Shown here: positions 36,464 to 47,354 of the stretch, one piece after another
Layout: the number at the start of each line of letters is the position of its first letter
Position numbering within the stretch: the first letter of the stretch is position 1
Source of the DNA: a virus
IMG/VR virus record: IMGVR_UViG_3300046517_000866
Span: 1-64,000 of that record
Strand: one strand, 5' to 3'
DNA length: 64,000 nucleotides
Program-made: the position numbers and the translations under genes
Notes under the pieces: model-generated
The model's input: the letters and a program-made list of their open reading frames with translations, nothing else
The model's database searches: none
What the model was told of the DNA's origin: nothing

Positions 36464-36778
36464 CTATTTGATTATCAGCATTCGACCGAATAACTGATTT
36501 AGAAACTCGACCTCAGGTTTATCACAGGTCCGAGCCAGATTAAAGAGCTTAAACATAAACTCCACCTGTGCAATCTCGTCTGGCGCTGGGTGGCTGTCAA
36601 GTATCAGTTGTTGCACATTCCTGCGACCACCTTTCAGTCCCTGCATGATTTTCAGCATGCGGGTAGCCAATCGCAACTCGTCCTTTGATATCGTGAACGG
36701 AGGACGAGGCAGCATCGACTCGACAGCTTCATCCCTCACGCTGTCTTTTATGAATTCGTTGAAATCTTTCCAAGCCAC
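36464..36778 (-). CDS. Hypothetical protein
   Basis: GGAG RBS, GTG start. Confidence 0.6.
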   Translation of the reverse strand: MAWKDFNEFIKDSVRDEAVESMLPRPPFTISKDELRLATRMLKIMQGLKGGRRNVQQLILDSHPAPDEIAQVEFMFKLFNLARTCDKPEVEFLNQLFGRMLIIK

Positions 36779-36919
36779 GACTACTTACTCCTTTTCCATG
36801 AAACCCCGCCCGTGACCGGGGAGAGTACAATCACGGGCGGGGCCGCGACACGAAGTCCCCTGCCGGGTTCAAACCATGCACGCGCAAGAATGCATGATCC
36901 AAACAGGACCTCGTGATCT

Positions 36920-37447
36920 CTAACTACGTAAAAATTCGATCGAGGGTGTGCCTAGTTGCTCGGCTGTCCAGCCTGAGAAACTGCGTGCATGCAGTTTGAT
37001 CGTTTTCATATAGGGTTCCCAACGTTCTCTAAAACGTTCGGCGCTAGGCCATGGGACTTGACGCTTGAAGTGTCTCATTTTCGGGTCCATCGGTACGCCG
37101 CAAAGAAGCACCTTGTTGAACCCCTCTTCCAACGCAACTTTGACGGCGAACAACCCAGACGATCCAGTCCAATCTGAAGTTGTGTGCGTCACACCCCTGT
37201 CGTGCGTACATGAGTAAACCTTGCCGGGGGGCCACAACACAGAGTCCTCACGCCAGCGAAGCCAAACCTCTAACTTGATCGGGTGCAGAGTAATGGCAAA
37301 ATCAATATGGTCTGGAAACAAGGCGATCATGTCATTGACGACAAAAGTCGCAAAAGCAAGATCGCCAGCATCAATGCAGAGTTGCCTTGCTCTTTTGTAC
37401 TCGTCTAGTACATTCTCGGCACCCCCGATGACAATCGCTACTGTCAT
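36920..37447 (-). CDS. Rossmann-like putative glycosyltransferase-type protein, paralog A
   Basis: AIVIGGA, VNDMI, TLHP, GSSGLFAV, LCGVPM, RSFSGWT. Confidence 0.55.
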   Translation of the reverse strand: MTVAIVIGGAENVLDEYKRARQLCIDAGDLAFATFVVNDMIALFPDHIDFAITLHPIKLEVWLRWREDSVLWPPGKVYSCTHDRGVTHTTSDWTGSSGLFAVKVALEEGFNKVLLCGVPMDPKMRHFKRQVPWPSAERFRERWEPYMKTIKLHARSFSGWTAEQLGTPSIEFLRS

Positions 37448-38007
37448 GATAGTCGTGAGTGTAGCCATGAGGCATCAGGAAAGCCAAACTCTTGCATTGT
37501 CCATCCTGAAAAACTGCGCACGATCGGCGCTATCTGCTTTTTATGGACTACCCAGCCATTCTGGAAACCGATGCCTTGGGTCCACCGCGTCTTTCTAATG
37601 ACGTGCAGCTGCTCAGGTGACATAGGCACGCCGCACAGTAGGCATGCCTGGAAGTCCAAGCGCTGTGCAACTTGAACCATGAACAATCCGACAGACCCTC
37701 GCCAACATTCGTTGACGTGTGTGACGTACTTTGCAATCCCCTGATTTCGCTTTTCAGAAAACCTGTGGGACCAGACTTGATTGGGTGCTGAGTAACCCTT
37801 TTCAAGCCTCTTTTCAATCCATGGATTGACGGAGTCTGTGTGGATCATGCATGCGTGGTCAATGTCATCTGGAAAGATCGTGCAAATGTCATTTGCGACA
37901 AATGTACTCCATCCAACGCCAACCTGCATGCACAGTTGCTTTGCTTGTTCGTACTCCTTAAATACGAACTGAGCACCCCCGATCAAGATCGCCGCTTGGC
38001 GCATCAT
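37444..38007 (-). CDS. Rossmann-like putative glycosyltransferase-type protein, paralog B
   Basis: AILIGGA, ANDI, GSVGLF, LCGVPM, RSFSGWT. Confidence 0.55.
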   Translation of the reverse strand: MMRQAAILIGGAQFVFKEYEQAKQLCMQVGVGWSTFVANDICTIFPDDIDHACMIHTDSVNPWIEKRLEKGYSAPNQVWSHRFSEKRNQGIAKYVTHVNECWRGSVGLFMVQVAQRLDFQACLLCGVPMSPEQLHVIRKTRWTQGIGFQNGWVVHKKQIAPIVRSFSGWTMQEFGFPDASWLHSRLS

Positions 38008-39539
38008 TTCAAGCCATACAAAGTGAACACGCCACCAGCTTCAAAGGCATTCGTAGTCGTGAAGGTCAACCTTGAAATTGCACTGACAGGAGTGTTATGA
38101 CTATTATCATCCCAGAAGCTAAAAGCATGACCGGCAAATTTTCCGTTGCCTGATGTGAAGTTGAAAAAGAATGCCATTATAGATTTGACCACGTTAGTTG
38201 TGTAGTTAGCGAATGTAATCTCACCATACCCGGCAAAGGCACTGCTTTGTGTAAGCAGACCAACCCATGCACCCGCTGACGTCGAAGCTAAGACGTCTGT
38301 AGCTCCAGACCCGTCAAGTTGATAAATGCGATCAGCAGCAGAATAGTCCCCAGAAGTAGCGTCATTGTTTACTTTACAACTCAAGTTCGCATAACTACCT
38401 CCCGCAGCATTATCTCTCGCGCTGTAGACAACCTTTAGACTCGTGTAACTGCCAGAAATGCTAGTGAAGTCAACAGATGATTGTCCGGCAGTTGTTGTGA
38501 TTTGTGCAAGTTGCACAAAATCGCTTGCACTGCTAGGTCCTGTCGCACCTGTCGCGCCTGTTGCACCTGCGGGTCCTGTAGCCCCTGTTGCACCCGTCGC
38601 GCCGCTTGCGCCACCGGGAGTTCCTGATGCACCCGTTGGCCCCGTGGCGCCTGTAGCTCCAACGGGACCTGTTGCACCTGTTGCCCCTCCGGGTGATCCT
38701 GATGCACCTGTTGCGCCTGTAGCCCCTGTCGGACCTGTAGCCCCTGTAACACCAATTGAACCTGTAGCCCCTGTCGGACCCGTCGCGCCTGTGGCGCCGA
38801 TTGGGCCTGTAGCCCCCGTTGGCCCCGTCGCGCCTGTTGCACCCACACCTCCCACAACAGTACTCGCAGCGACGTTTTCCCAAACTCCATACGAAGCATT
38901 ATAAAGCAGCATATCGTCATTTTGTGGACTGGAGATTGACGTATCAATCAGTTGTGCAAGGGCTGTGACACGGGACACCCATTCTGTGTCGCCGTCAACG
39001 TCACTATGCTTGACTAGTGCGTCACCTGTGGCGCCACCTGCCGGAACTCCATACACTGTATGCCAGATGAAGTCATAGTCCGTGTTGGACGCTTTTGCTA
39101 GAAGTTGCCCTGTCGTTCCTCCGATCGGCAAACCAGCGGGGATTGTGAATAGCAACGCATAGACACTATGCCCATTGCCATCACTTGCACCTGGATCAAA
39201 CAGTGTCGCGGACGTGTGATCGAAACTGACAATATATGCCGAGTTACCCTCGCCAAAAACGTCACCAACAAAGTATTGTGTATCTGGTGCCCAAATGCCA
39301 CGACCATGTATCCCCAACAAGGGCATCTTGACAAAAAACGATGACGCATCAGTCATCGCAATTGTCATTATGTCACCGTCGGTCGTGATATCCATGATCG
39401 AAACAGGTTCGATCGGATGGTTCTCGATCGCAGCGATACGTTGTAAAACTTCCCAGAAGTTCTGGTCAACTTCAAAGTCGTCAAGTAACCTATTTAGGCC
39501 ACTGCCCCAACGTGAAAAATCAGTAGTGCACCAGTACAT
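38004..39539 (-). CDS. Tail fibre with collagen-like (Gly-X-Y) repeats
   Basis: Long GAT/GPT triplet run; [16 protein letters not shown] repeats. Confidence 0.85.
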   Translation of the reverse strand: MYWCTTDFSRWGSGLNRLLDDFEVDQNFWEVLQRIAAIENHPIEPVSIMDITTDGDIMTIAMTDASSFFVKMPLLGIHGRGIWAPDTQYFVGDVFGEGNSAYIVSFDHTSATLFDPGASDGNGHSVYALLFTIPAGLPIGGTTGQLLAKASNTDYDFIWHTVYGVPAGGATGDALVKHSDVDGDTEWVSRVTALAQLIDTSISSPQNDDMLLYNASYGVWENVAASTVVGGVGATGATGPTGATGPIGATGATGPTGATGSIGVTGATGPTGATGATGASGSPGGATGATGPVGATGATGPTGASGTPGGASGATGATGATGPAGATGATGATGPSSASDFVQLAQITTTAGQSSVDFTSISGSYTSLKVVYSARDNAAGGSYANLSCKVNNDATSGDYSAADRIYQLDGSGATDVLASTSAGAWVGLLTQSSAFAGYGEITFANYTTNVVKSIMAFFFNFTSGNGKFAGHAFSFWDDNSHNTPVSAISRLTFTTTNAFEAGGVFTLYGLK

Positions 39540-39550
39540 CGTGTTCTCCC

Positions 39551-39817
39551 TTAGAACCCTGGAAACTTTGGAAAGAAGGCAGAAGGATCAAACCCGTTGA
39601 AAGTTTGGGTGGTCTTTTCCTTCGGATATTTGATCGCATACAACTGTACTTCTAGACTATCCTCGCCAGTCAGAATTTTTGGATTGCCACCATTACCCCA
39701 AGTAACTGATACGTTAGCCGGGGATGTTGCCGGTCCCGTCGGTTGTGCGACAGGAGCTGATGCAACTGTGCTAGGAACTTGAAATGGTCTGACAAGACCT
39801 TCGAATGTGTTAGCCAT
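39551..39817 (-). CDS. Small tail-associated protein
   Basis: Start MANTFE after GGAGG; tail context. Confidence 0.55.
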   Translation of the reverse strand: MANTFEGLVRPFQVPSTVASAPVAQPTGPATSPANVSVTWGNGGNPKILTGEDSLEVQLYAIKYPKEKTTQTFNGFDPSAFFPKFPGF

Positions 39818-42317
39818 TTGAAGGAGCCTCCAAGTCAATACCCTTTGGCAATACTAACGGACCCATAACAACAGTGGCCTCGTTATTTACCGGACCTCCG
39901 TCAACTGCTTTTAGTTCTAGGTAGTATTGACCATATGCAGAGTGGGCGGCAACTGCTGCTGCCTCTTGCTGTGCCTGCATCTCTTCTAGGCGGGTCAGCG
40001 TATCGTCTAGATTTGGGTCCGCTCCGGGAGCGCTCGCACGCGCTTTAATGAAAATATCTTCAAGCGTATTAAATAGTGTTTGTTCGCCATCGAGATTTAG
40101 ACTCGAATGCACAACTACGGAGCTTGGTTCTATTCCCCCCGTTGTTGTAGCGACGGGGAACGTCGTGTCGTCAGCAGAAAGTGTTACGGTTGGAACAGAG
40201 TATGTCGTGTTTCCAGCAACGTTTGGAACGGCTGCACCGACAGTGGTGCGATATCCACTGACGTAACCATTGACGTAGGTTGGAGTTCCGGGCGAAGTCA
40301 CAACGGCATTTCCATACCCAATGCAACACGCGATAGTAACCTCACAAGTCAGTTTGCCTGTATCACCATCGGCTGTGGCTTTGAGTTCAACAATCTTTCC
40401 AGTCGCAACTCCGCCAGGAATATGGCGGTTGTGTATTGTTGCACTCATTCTCAAAGTGAGGCCCAAGAACTGCTCAAAGAAGACTTCAGTCTTAACTAGC
40501 ACAGCTCTGGATCGGGCGATTAGGTGTTTACTGGCGACTAGCGTGAGATACTCAAACGCTGTCACCCCGGCTGAAGTATTAAAGAACGTGTTTGATGCGA
40601 TGTTAGAAAGTGCGGCCCCCGTATTTGCAGTATTGGCAACAACTCCCAAACTAACCCAAATCACGCCGCCATCAGTCGTAAAATCACCAAACGTAGAACT
40701 GAACGCTGGCACAAAAGGTTTACCATTGACGACGTTGGGCCCCGAAACTCCCGCTTGAATGCACAACTGCTTCGTGGTAACGACAGAGGTGACGCCAGTT
40801 TGGGATGTTGCCGTTTCCTTTAGGGCATAGACGACACGACCTAATTTATACGCTGTGTTACCCTGCCACGCTGCATTCTGATAGTATGGATAAGGAGTTG
40901 GGCCAATACAAGCCCACTTGACGCCCGTAGTTTCGTCAGTTTCAACGCCGATCACATTGGAAAATGTGGGTATAGTTGTTGATGTGGTTCCAGGATGGAT
41001 ACAGATTTGGTAACTCAAGTCTGGAGCTCTAATCAGCGTGCCGTACTCAACAGCCGCTGCCTGGTAGGCCGTCCAGTCTTGGATGACAGCCGTCGGTCCC
41101 GTTCCTGTCAACGGTGCCGACGCATCTTGTGACGTGAATGTCAAAATTTCAAAGTCTTGTGGTAATGAACTGTCCTGTGGACCACTAGGTGACGGCAAGT
41201 CCACCATCAGCGGCTGCATTTGGGCCGTCAACCGTGTCCGCAAATGCTCGGATCGTTTGCGATTAACGTTGAACTCTAACTCTAAAAAGAGTTTAAGCCA
41301 ATACTCGACAATCCAAACCTTTGTCGTTTTAGAACTGGCATTCGGCTGGTCCACAAGATCAGGATTGTTGGGATATAGTCTAGCAAAAACCTGTTCCGTA
41401 CTTGTCACATACGGTCCCAAAACAGGACTGCTGACAACTGGATGTGTAGTTGAAACACGGGACGAAATAACGCTACCCTCAGCATGAAACTTGGAGGTAT
41501 CCTTAAACTGCCAAGATACAGTTACCGTATGGGCTTGCGAGGAACCCCAATAATCAACAGCCGCTGCATTCTTGACGGACCATCCACCCCCGATCCCTGC
41601 TCCCGGCTTAGGCCACCCAGTAAGCAAGGAGTCTGTATATAAGGGACCAACTAACTGCCCATCAAAAAGTGTCATAGTGCCTGAAGCAGATTGCGTCCAA
41701 TTTGTTGTCGCATCAATGATGACGGTTGTCAGCGGTACTTGACCGAGTTGAATGTCCACAGAGTCTTCAAAACAATCGGACTCTTGAAAAGTTACAGTTC
41801 CATCCTCACCAGTCAGCAAGTTCGAACTGCTGACGTGTAGCGTGAGCGGATTGACGTACATTGCTACAGGATACGCGTCTAAAATAGTGTCTGGATCATC
41901 CTGGTGCGCTGGATCGATCCACAGTGGATTATAGTATGGAGGAACTTTAAGTGTTTCGACGTAGACCTGCTTTTTGCCAGCGAAACCTAGAGGCTTCGCA
42001 ACATAAACGACAGTCACGATTTCCTGGATCAGGTTACCGGGCAGACCCACGATCCGACCAAACATGAACGGTTGGACGTGCCCGTTGTCCTTACGCCGCC
42101 ACGAAAACCACGCCCATATCAACACACCGGGTGCAAGTAAACCACGCCGCGGGTTTTCGATGTTGAGCGTAATCTGCATTGCATCCCCTTCGGACCAATC
42201 GATTTCGAAGGAGTATATGCGAAAATCCTTGCGGATCATTTCGTCAGTGAACGTTGTCTCCCAAGGGTTGACAAGGGCCACGTATAATGGACCAACGAAA
42301 TCTGTAAACAGACCCAT
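39810..42317 (-). CDS. Tail tip / baseplate hub protein with inserted carbohydrate-binding-like repeats
   Basis: 835 aa after Dit; repeated W.....Y..G...C..AG.S...P.F......TDG.V.W..G. Confidence 0.7.
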   Translation of the reverse strand: MGLFTDFVGPLYVALVNPWETTFTDEMIRKDFRIYSFEIDWSEGDAMQITLNIENPRRGLLAPGVLIWAWFSWRRKDNGHVQPFMFGRIVGLPGNLIQEIVTVVYVAKPLGFAGKKQVYVETLKVPPYYNPLWIDPAHQDDPDTILDAYPVAMYVNPLTLHVSSSNLLTGEDGTVTFQESDCFEDSVDIQLGQVPLTTVIIDATTNWTQSASGTMTLFDGQLVGPLYTDSLLTGWPKPGAGIGGGWSVKNAAAVDYWGSSQAHTVTVSWQFKDTSKFHAEGSVISSRVSTTHPVVSSPVLGPYVTSTEQVFARLYPNNPDLVDQPNASSKTTKVWIVEYWLKLFLELEFNVNRKRSEHLRTRLTAQMQPLMVDLPSPSGPQDSSLPQDFEILTFTSQDASAPLTGTGPTAVIQDWTAYQAAAVEYGTLIRAPDLSYQICIHPGTTSTTIPTFSNVIGVETDETTGVKWACIGPTPYPYYQNAAWQGNTAYKLGRVVYALKETATSQTGVTSVVTTKQLCIQAGVSGPNVVNGKPFVPAFSSTFGDFTTDGGVIWVSLGVVANTANTGAALSNIASNTFFNTSAGVTAFEYLTLVASKHLIARSRAVLVKTEVFFEQFLGLTLRMSATIHNRHIPGGVATGKIVELKATADGDTGKLTCEVTIACCIGYGNAVVTSPGTPTYVNGYVSGYRTTVGAAVPNVAGNTTYSVPTVTLSADDTTFPVATTTGGIEPSSVVVHSSLNLDGEQTLFNTLEDIFIKARASAPGADPNLDDTLTRLEEMQAQQEAAAVAAHSAYGQYYLELKAVDGGPVNNEATVVMGPLVLPKGIDLEAPSNG

Positions 42318-42320
42318 GGT

Positions 42321-42761
42321 TTACTGCTCCTCGAAATCTATTTGCCAGGGCTGATCGGCTGTCCACTCATCAAGATTGTCACTCCAATCAACGATCAAGC
42401 AGTACAAAATAGGGAGGTAACGGATGAACCCAGGATCATCATTGTTTTCCGAACCGCAGACGACCTGTCTTGCTGGTGACCCACCCACAGGGTATGAAAA
42501 ATATTTGGGTAACCATAACACAACGGGGTCTCCGGGAAACACACCATCAAGTGCCGGTGGTTGCTGATCCTTGGAGGAAATCGATATCGCGTACTTACGG
42601 AATTGAGCGTAGGAAGTATTCCGTAACTCTCCATCAACAGTTCGCCGTAAGTTTTTTGATGCCTGTATTGGTTTGAGAGCAATAGTCAATCCTCGCGCGG
42701 AGTACAATGGTATACCCACACCATCCATGACCAGCATTGTACCAGTGTCAGGAAGGGTCAT
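42321..42761 (-). CDS. Distal tail protein (Dit-like)
   Basis: Immediately after TMP; LRRTVDGEL motif. Confidence 0.65.
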   Translation of the reverse strand: MTLPDTGTMLVMDGVGIPLYSARGLTIALKPIQASKNLRRTVDGELRNTSYAQFRKYAISISSKDQQPPALDGVFPGDPVVLWLPKYFSYPVGGSPARQVVCGSENNDDPGFIRYLPILYCLIVDWSDNLDEWTADQPWQIDFEEQ

Positions 42762-45700
42762 CGAATTGCACTCCCCTTGCGACCAAGTGAGGCCGTCTGC
42801 TTCTTAATGGCATATTTCGACATTTGCGAGAATGCATCATTGGTCATCGTGATGCCCGGAATTTTGTTACCGTCCAGAATGAACACGGCAGGGCGCTCAC
42901 CCGATGCCTTGCCACCCGAGGCCAATCGTGCAGGTGCCTGACTATTCATGGCTCCAGCCAATCCACCGACAGCAAATGAACTGAAGTCAACTGTTGGCAT
43001 AGGTGACGCAATCGCACGTGCGATCGATCCACCTCCGGCAAACCCACCCTGTGCCATCTTGACGACCTGATTGATCGTCTTGACAGTGTTTGCCACGTGC
43101 CTAACAAGGCCCCCGCTTTTGAAAGCGCTGACTAAATTAACTGTCGGTACTGACCCATCATAATGATACTTGGGAGTTCCGCCCAGCTCGTGATGTTTTT
43201 GATGATGGTAAATGTTTGTCGTGTCGCCAGCAGAACCCCCAGACGCCAATCGTGCGACGGCCTCATACCCGTTATGGATCACGTTACTGATGTGGTTTGC
43301 TGTTGTCGCAGCCCCACCGGCAGCCAAGCGAATGACGTTTGTCACGCCTTGTACCAAACCACCCAAATTGAACTTACCCTCATTAACTGCATGCATGAAG
43401 GGTTGTCCGTATTTTTCAACGGACTTTGTTTGCATGACAAACTCACCATGAGACAGCTTCGCATCAATGCTATCGCTGGTCGAGTGCCCGGCACCCCAAA
43501 CGGGACCACCCGCTGCTTTTCCTGCAACAGGCGACGGTCCGTCATCACTTGACGAGTCAGGAGCACTTGAAGACGTGCCACTGTCACCAGACTTCTTGTC
43601 CAAAGCGTCTAGGAAATCTTTCAGCTTACCGGTGACGCTATCGAGTGTATCACCAAGCCCTGTCCACTTACCATCAAGCCCGAGAAGAGCTTCAGTCGTC
43701 ACACCAGCTTGTGTGCCCAAGCTTTCAACAGAGGTATCGGCAGTATCTGTAGTTGTCTTGAGGCTTGTCTCAGCCGTGGCTACATCAGTACTGGCTTTTG
43801 AAAATGCAGTGTCAGTGGTATTTAGATCAGTACCAGTCTTTTCAAGTTCAGGATTAACCTTCTTTAAGCCGGCCGAAAACTCTTCAAGTGAAGCATTCGC
43901 CTCAGTTTTCTTATCGGATGACGTTGGAGTGGGAGGGGGCTGGAAAAAAGGATTGTTTTTGATAAGTCCGGGACCACCCGTAACAACATCCCCTTGTGCG
44001 TTTGGGTTATCAAAGAACGGGTTAGTTCTGATAGTCCCTTTATCCTTACTGAACTCTGAACCCTTTAACTTGTCTGTCGCACCCTTGATTTTTTCTGCTG
44101 CATCATGTGTTGCCGCAGCCAACTCATGGGTTCCAGTGACAGCACTTTTTATAGAAGCCTCATGGTCAGCTACTAATGCCTTCAACTGCTCAGTCACGGA
44201 CTTATCTGCTGCCGGTGCACTGCCGGGCCGCGATTTTGGAAGTGGGACTTTTTCACCATCCTCGTCTGGATTTGCAGGACCAGCAGAACCCAACGGTTTT
44301 GGTGCCGTCTTGTTTGACAGTAACTGCATACCTTTGATAATTGCCGTAACCAACGCAGCAGCAATGGCAAGACCTACTACTCCAATAGCTGCCTCCGCAA
44401 GACCAGGAAGACCAACTAGCGCGGTAACAAATGCTGTTGCTAAACCAATTGCCATGCGCGTGCCGATAAGGGCAATGCCGGCTAACAGGGCGGTGCCCAA
44501 ACCAGCGAGGATCACGTCAGCAGCAGACGTACCTAAGGTCTCCGCCATGTAGTTACGGAGTTCCAAGACTTTCGCCTTGATCTTCTCAAATGCCGCTGTT
44601 GCAACTTCAACTATTTTATCCCAGAACAAGTAGATACCGGCGCCGATCACAAACGCAGCAGTGATCCACCCTGGAACTAATAGCAGCAGTGAGCCTAGTA
44701 ATCCTAACGCGCCTGTCATTCTGCCAAGCGCGTACAGGAACACAACGTCCATCTTGGACAAGTTTGTGCCAAAAGCGTCATTGATGGTATTTTTGATTTT
44801 GTCTATGAACCCAATCAATAACTCGAACGCAGGAATAACAATACCCTTGATAGTACTTCCCAAGGAGTTTAGTAACTCAACTACTGTCCTTACCCATGGT
44901 GTTTGAACTTGCTGACCAGCAAGCAGCCTGAGAAGATCACCTATGACTGGTTTAACTGAACTTGTGATGAAAGACCCAAGATTACTCAACGCTTGCTGGA
45001 TAACTAAAATCCATGTGATTTTTGGTTCCTCACCGGCAAGTAAGCGAAACAAGTCCGTGATGATAGGCTTGACCTGATTAGCGATATCACTGGCAAATTT
45101 CAGTAGTTCAGGATGACTCTTGCGGATCGCTTCATCCAGTATGTTGAAGCCAGCAGTAAAGCCTGGAGCAAACAGGTTACCTATTTGTTCTGCAGTAACC
45201 TTTAGATCGCCCTGCAGTTGGTTCAAGGATTTGTGGAAGTCTTTCGCAATGTGCTCATCGTTTTCCGTCAATGCGAGTCCGGCTTCCTTTTGTGCTTCAC
45301 GGAACTCCAGAAAAGCCTTCGATCCGACAGACATTGCCGCAACAAGGTCTTGGCTTACACCACGACCAAACAACTGATGTGCGAGAGCCATCTTCTTGGT
45401 CTCGTCAGTCATATTGTGGAAAATATCCATCAACTTCAAAAAGGCAGGTTCCAGCGCTGGCTCAATGTTTCGTAAGTCAGACGCGTTGCCCTTGAACTCT
45501 TTGAACGAGTTACCGCCGTCAAGCAGGGTTGCTTCGAAACCCTTGACCATATTCTGAACGCTGAAATTAACTCTACTCAAATCCTGCGGAATACCATTCG
45601 CCAAATTCTCGACGGCACGCTGCAAGGTAGGTACGGAATTTGCGGCGTCTTCATTCGCCTTCTTTACGGCTTCGGCCGCTTTTTGGACTGCTTCTATTTT

Positions 45701-46501
45701 CTTTTGCTCGGCCTCCCGAATTGCAAGTGCAGCCAACTGCGCGACGTTTGCCGCGTTCTGGTCGTCCTGCTCCTGCTTGCGCCTTGCAACAGCCTCGGCC
45801 TCGATTGCCTGCTTCAAGGCAAGTCGGGCTTCCTTCTCTTTCAGTACTTGCTGTTCCGCAGCAGTCGGTGGATTTCCCTCGATTGCCGCCAGTGCTTGCT
45901 TTGCACGCTCAACACTCAGCACCGCACCTTGAACGGAAAAGGCGTTTGCAACCTGTGTATGCGCCGCTGCTTTTTCTGCATCAGCCGCTTTGATGTACGC
46001 CTCAGACAACTTGATTGTAGACTGCTCGACCGCTTGGTTTGCATCGATGATCTTATTGTGATCATCAACCATTTTATCCGAAGCGTCACGCGACGCTCTT
46101 GCAACGTTGGGGAAGTCATTCTCCAATCGAACGGCAAAGCGCTTGAACGCCTGCTCAAGGTTGCCGGTAGATGCTCCCAACGCACCAAGCGTTGTGATCA
46201 TTGCCGACATGTTTTCGATGGTTGATCCAGTCTGGGTAGCAAGGTGCTCCATTTCGACTGTGGCCTCGACCGAAGTCTTAGACCACTCGAACAGAGCAAG
46301 CGTTGTCCCGACAATTGCTACGCCAACGGCAGCAATGGCTTCTGCAAGTCCAGCAAATACTGTATGACTGGCAACTTCTTCCAGTTTCTCGAAAGCTGCT
46401 TTGCCAGCTTCCGCGATACTGTCGAATGCCTTTTCAATATCTTCTTGACCTTCGACTCCAATCGTTTGGACGATTGCAGGTAGGCCACTATCGCCAGCCA
46501 T
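42758..46501 (-). CDS. Tail tape measure protein
   Basis: 1247 aa, Ala-rich helical with TM segments; C-terminal AAGGPV.G.G.STSDSI.A.LS.GEFV. Confidence 0.92.
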   Translation of the reverse strand: MAGDSGLPAIVQTIGVEGQEDIEKAFDSIAEAGKAAFEKLEEVASHTVFAGLAEAIAAVGVAIVGTTLALFEWSKTSVEATVEMEHLATQTGSTIENMSAMITTLGALGASTGNLEQAFKRFAVRLENDFPNVARASRDASDKMVDDHNKIIDANQAVEQSTIKLSEAYIKAADAEKAAAHTQVANAFSVQGAVLSVERAKQALAAIEGNPPTAAEQQVLKEKEARLALKQAIEAEAVARRKQEQDDQNAANVAQLAALAIREAEQKKIEAVQKAAEAVKKANEDAANSVPTLQRAVENLANGIPQDLSRVNFSVQNMVKGFEATLLDGGNSFKEFKGNASDLRNIEPALEPAFLKLMDIFHNMTDETKKMALAHQLFGRGVSQDLVAAMSVGSKAFLEFREAQKEAGLALTENDEHIAKDFHKSLNQLQGDLKVTAEQIGNLFAPGFTAGFNILDEAIRKSHPELLKFASDIANQVKPIITDLFRLLAGEEPKITWILVIQQALSNLGSFITSSVKPVIGDLLRLLAGQQVQTPWVRTVVELLNSLGSTIKGIVIPAFELLIGFIDKIKNTINDAFGTNLSKMDVVFLYALGRMTGALGLLGSLLLLVPGWITAAFVIGAGIYLFWDKIVEVATAAFEKIKAKVLELRNYMAETLGTSAADVILAGLGTALLAGIALIGTRMAIGLATAFVTALVGLPGLAEAAIGVVGLAIAAALVTAIIKGMQLLSNKTAPKPLGSAGPANPDEDGEKVPLPKSRPGSAPAADKSVTEQLKALVADHEASIKSAVTGTHELAAATHDAAEKIKGATDKLKGSEFSKDKGTIRTNPFFDNPNAQGDVVTGGPGLIKNNPFFQPPPTPTSSDKKTEANASLEEFSAGLKKVNPELEKTGTDLNTTDTAFSKASTDVATAETSLKTTTDTADTSVESLGTQAGVTTEALLGLDGKWTGLGDTLDSVTGKLKDFLDALDKKSGDSGTSSSAPDSSSDDGPSPVAGKAAGGPVWGAGHSTSDSIDAKLSHGEFVMQTKSVEKYGQPFMHAVNEGKFNLGGLVQGVTNVIRLAAGGAATTANHISNVIHNGYEAVARLASGGSAGDTTNIYHHQKHHELGGTPKYHYDGSVPTVNLVSAFKSGGLVRHVANTVKTINQVVKMAQGGFAGGGSIARAIASPMPTVDFSSFAVGGLAGAMNSQAPARLASGGKASGERPAVFILDGNKIPGITMTNDAFSQMSKYAIKKQTASLGRKGSAIR

Positions 46502-46506
46502 GGACT

Positions 46507-47079
46507 TTATCCTTTCGGTAAGTTCTTGCTGTACTGCGAACGGAAACTACGCATTTCCCTTTCAATGATATCACGTAAGTGAAATCGTTTCTTCAATGTG
46601 ACTTCTTCGATCAGGAAGTATTTAGGTTTGCCGTCATCCTTGGAAATCAGCAAAGGTGCAGCGCCGGGCTCTTTCCGATTGAACACCGAAACAAGACCTC
46701 CGGGATAATCCCTGGCAAGTACACCCTTTGGCACGTTCGCGAACGACAACGGGATTGCCAGCCATGGGTTACCATGTATGGTTTTGCCCGTTTCGAACAC
46801 GCTGGCGTAGGGAACGTCATGTGAGACGGTGATAGTACAGTTAATTAACGCGCCGGACTTGGGGCTCACATCGACATGCAAGCCTTGCGTCCAGCGCGAT
46901 CCAAAGTTCCCACCAGCAGCAATATCGGCTTTTCCCTTTTCCAGGATTGCCGCGGCAACGTCACGAGCAGCCCCCGTCACTGCAATTGCCATGCGAGACA
47001 AGTTCTTGGTACTTGCCGCATGCCATTTCGGACCGGCGGGTTGTCCCTTGAACAAGAATTTGACTCGAACGCTGCTCAT
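46507..47079 (-). CDS. Neck/tail-completion protein (HK97 gp10-like)
   Basis: VPYASVFETG, LAIPL; structural context. Confidence 0.55.
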   Translation of the reverse strand: MSSVRVKFLFKGQPAGPKWHAASTKNLSRMAIAVTGAARDVAAAILEKGKADIAAGGNFGSRWTQGLHVDVSPKSGALINCTITVSHDVPYASVFETGKTIHGNPWLAIPLSFANVPKGVLARDYPGGLVSVFNRKEPGAAPLLISKDDGKPKYFLIEEVTLKKRFHLRDIIEREMRSFRSQYSKNLPKG

Positions 47080-47354
47080 GTTTCCTTATCCCAAGCCTCA
47101 ATTTGCTTGTCGATTGCCTCGACGTTACCCGAGGTACCCAGATTTGTCGCTGAGACAATTTCTGATAGTTCAACAAGCCTACGTCGGCTTTTCAGGAACA
47201 GATATGCAGCAATCTGCTTTGGGGTCAGGTCCCAGACTCTTGGATTGGTGGCTCCACCGAGGGCTTCGATCCCCGTGGCGAGTTCATAACCCGCGCCTTT
47301 CCAGACGCGACGGAGCCGGGATCGGACAACTCCTGGATTTTCTTGACGAAAGGG
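47076..47354 (-). CDS. -1 frameshift extension of tail assembly chaperone (gpGT-like), absent from ORF track
   Basis: -1 frame open from the heptamer to TGA at 47076: ...RVWDLTPKQIAAYLFLKSRRR...WDKET. Confidence 0.7.
   Translation of the reverse strand, partial: PFRQENPGVVRSRLRRVWKGAGYELATGIEALGGATNPRVWDLTPKQIAAYLFLKSRRRLVELSEIVSATNLGTSGNVEAIDKQIEAWDKET

Noticed and set aside
38004-42317. Diversity-generating retroelement acting on tail genes
   Set aside because: No reverse transcriptase and no TR/VR pair seen in the window.
43467-44552. 361-aa plus-strand ORF antisense to the tape measure gene
   Set aside because: Shadow ORF from codon bias; no RBS or motifs.
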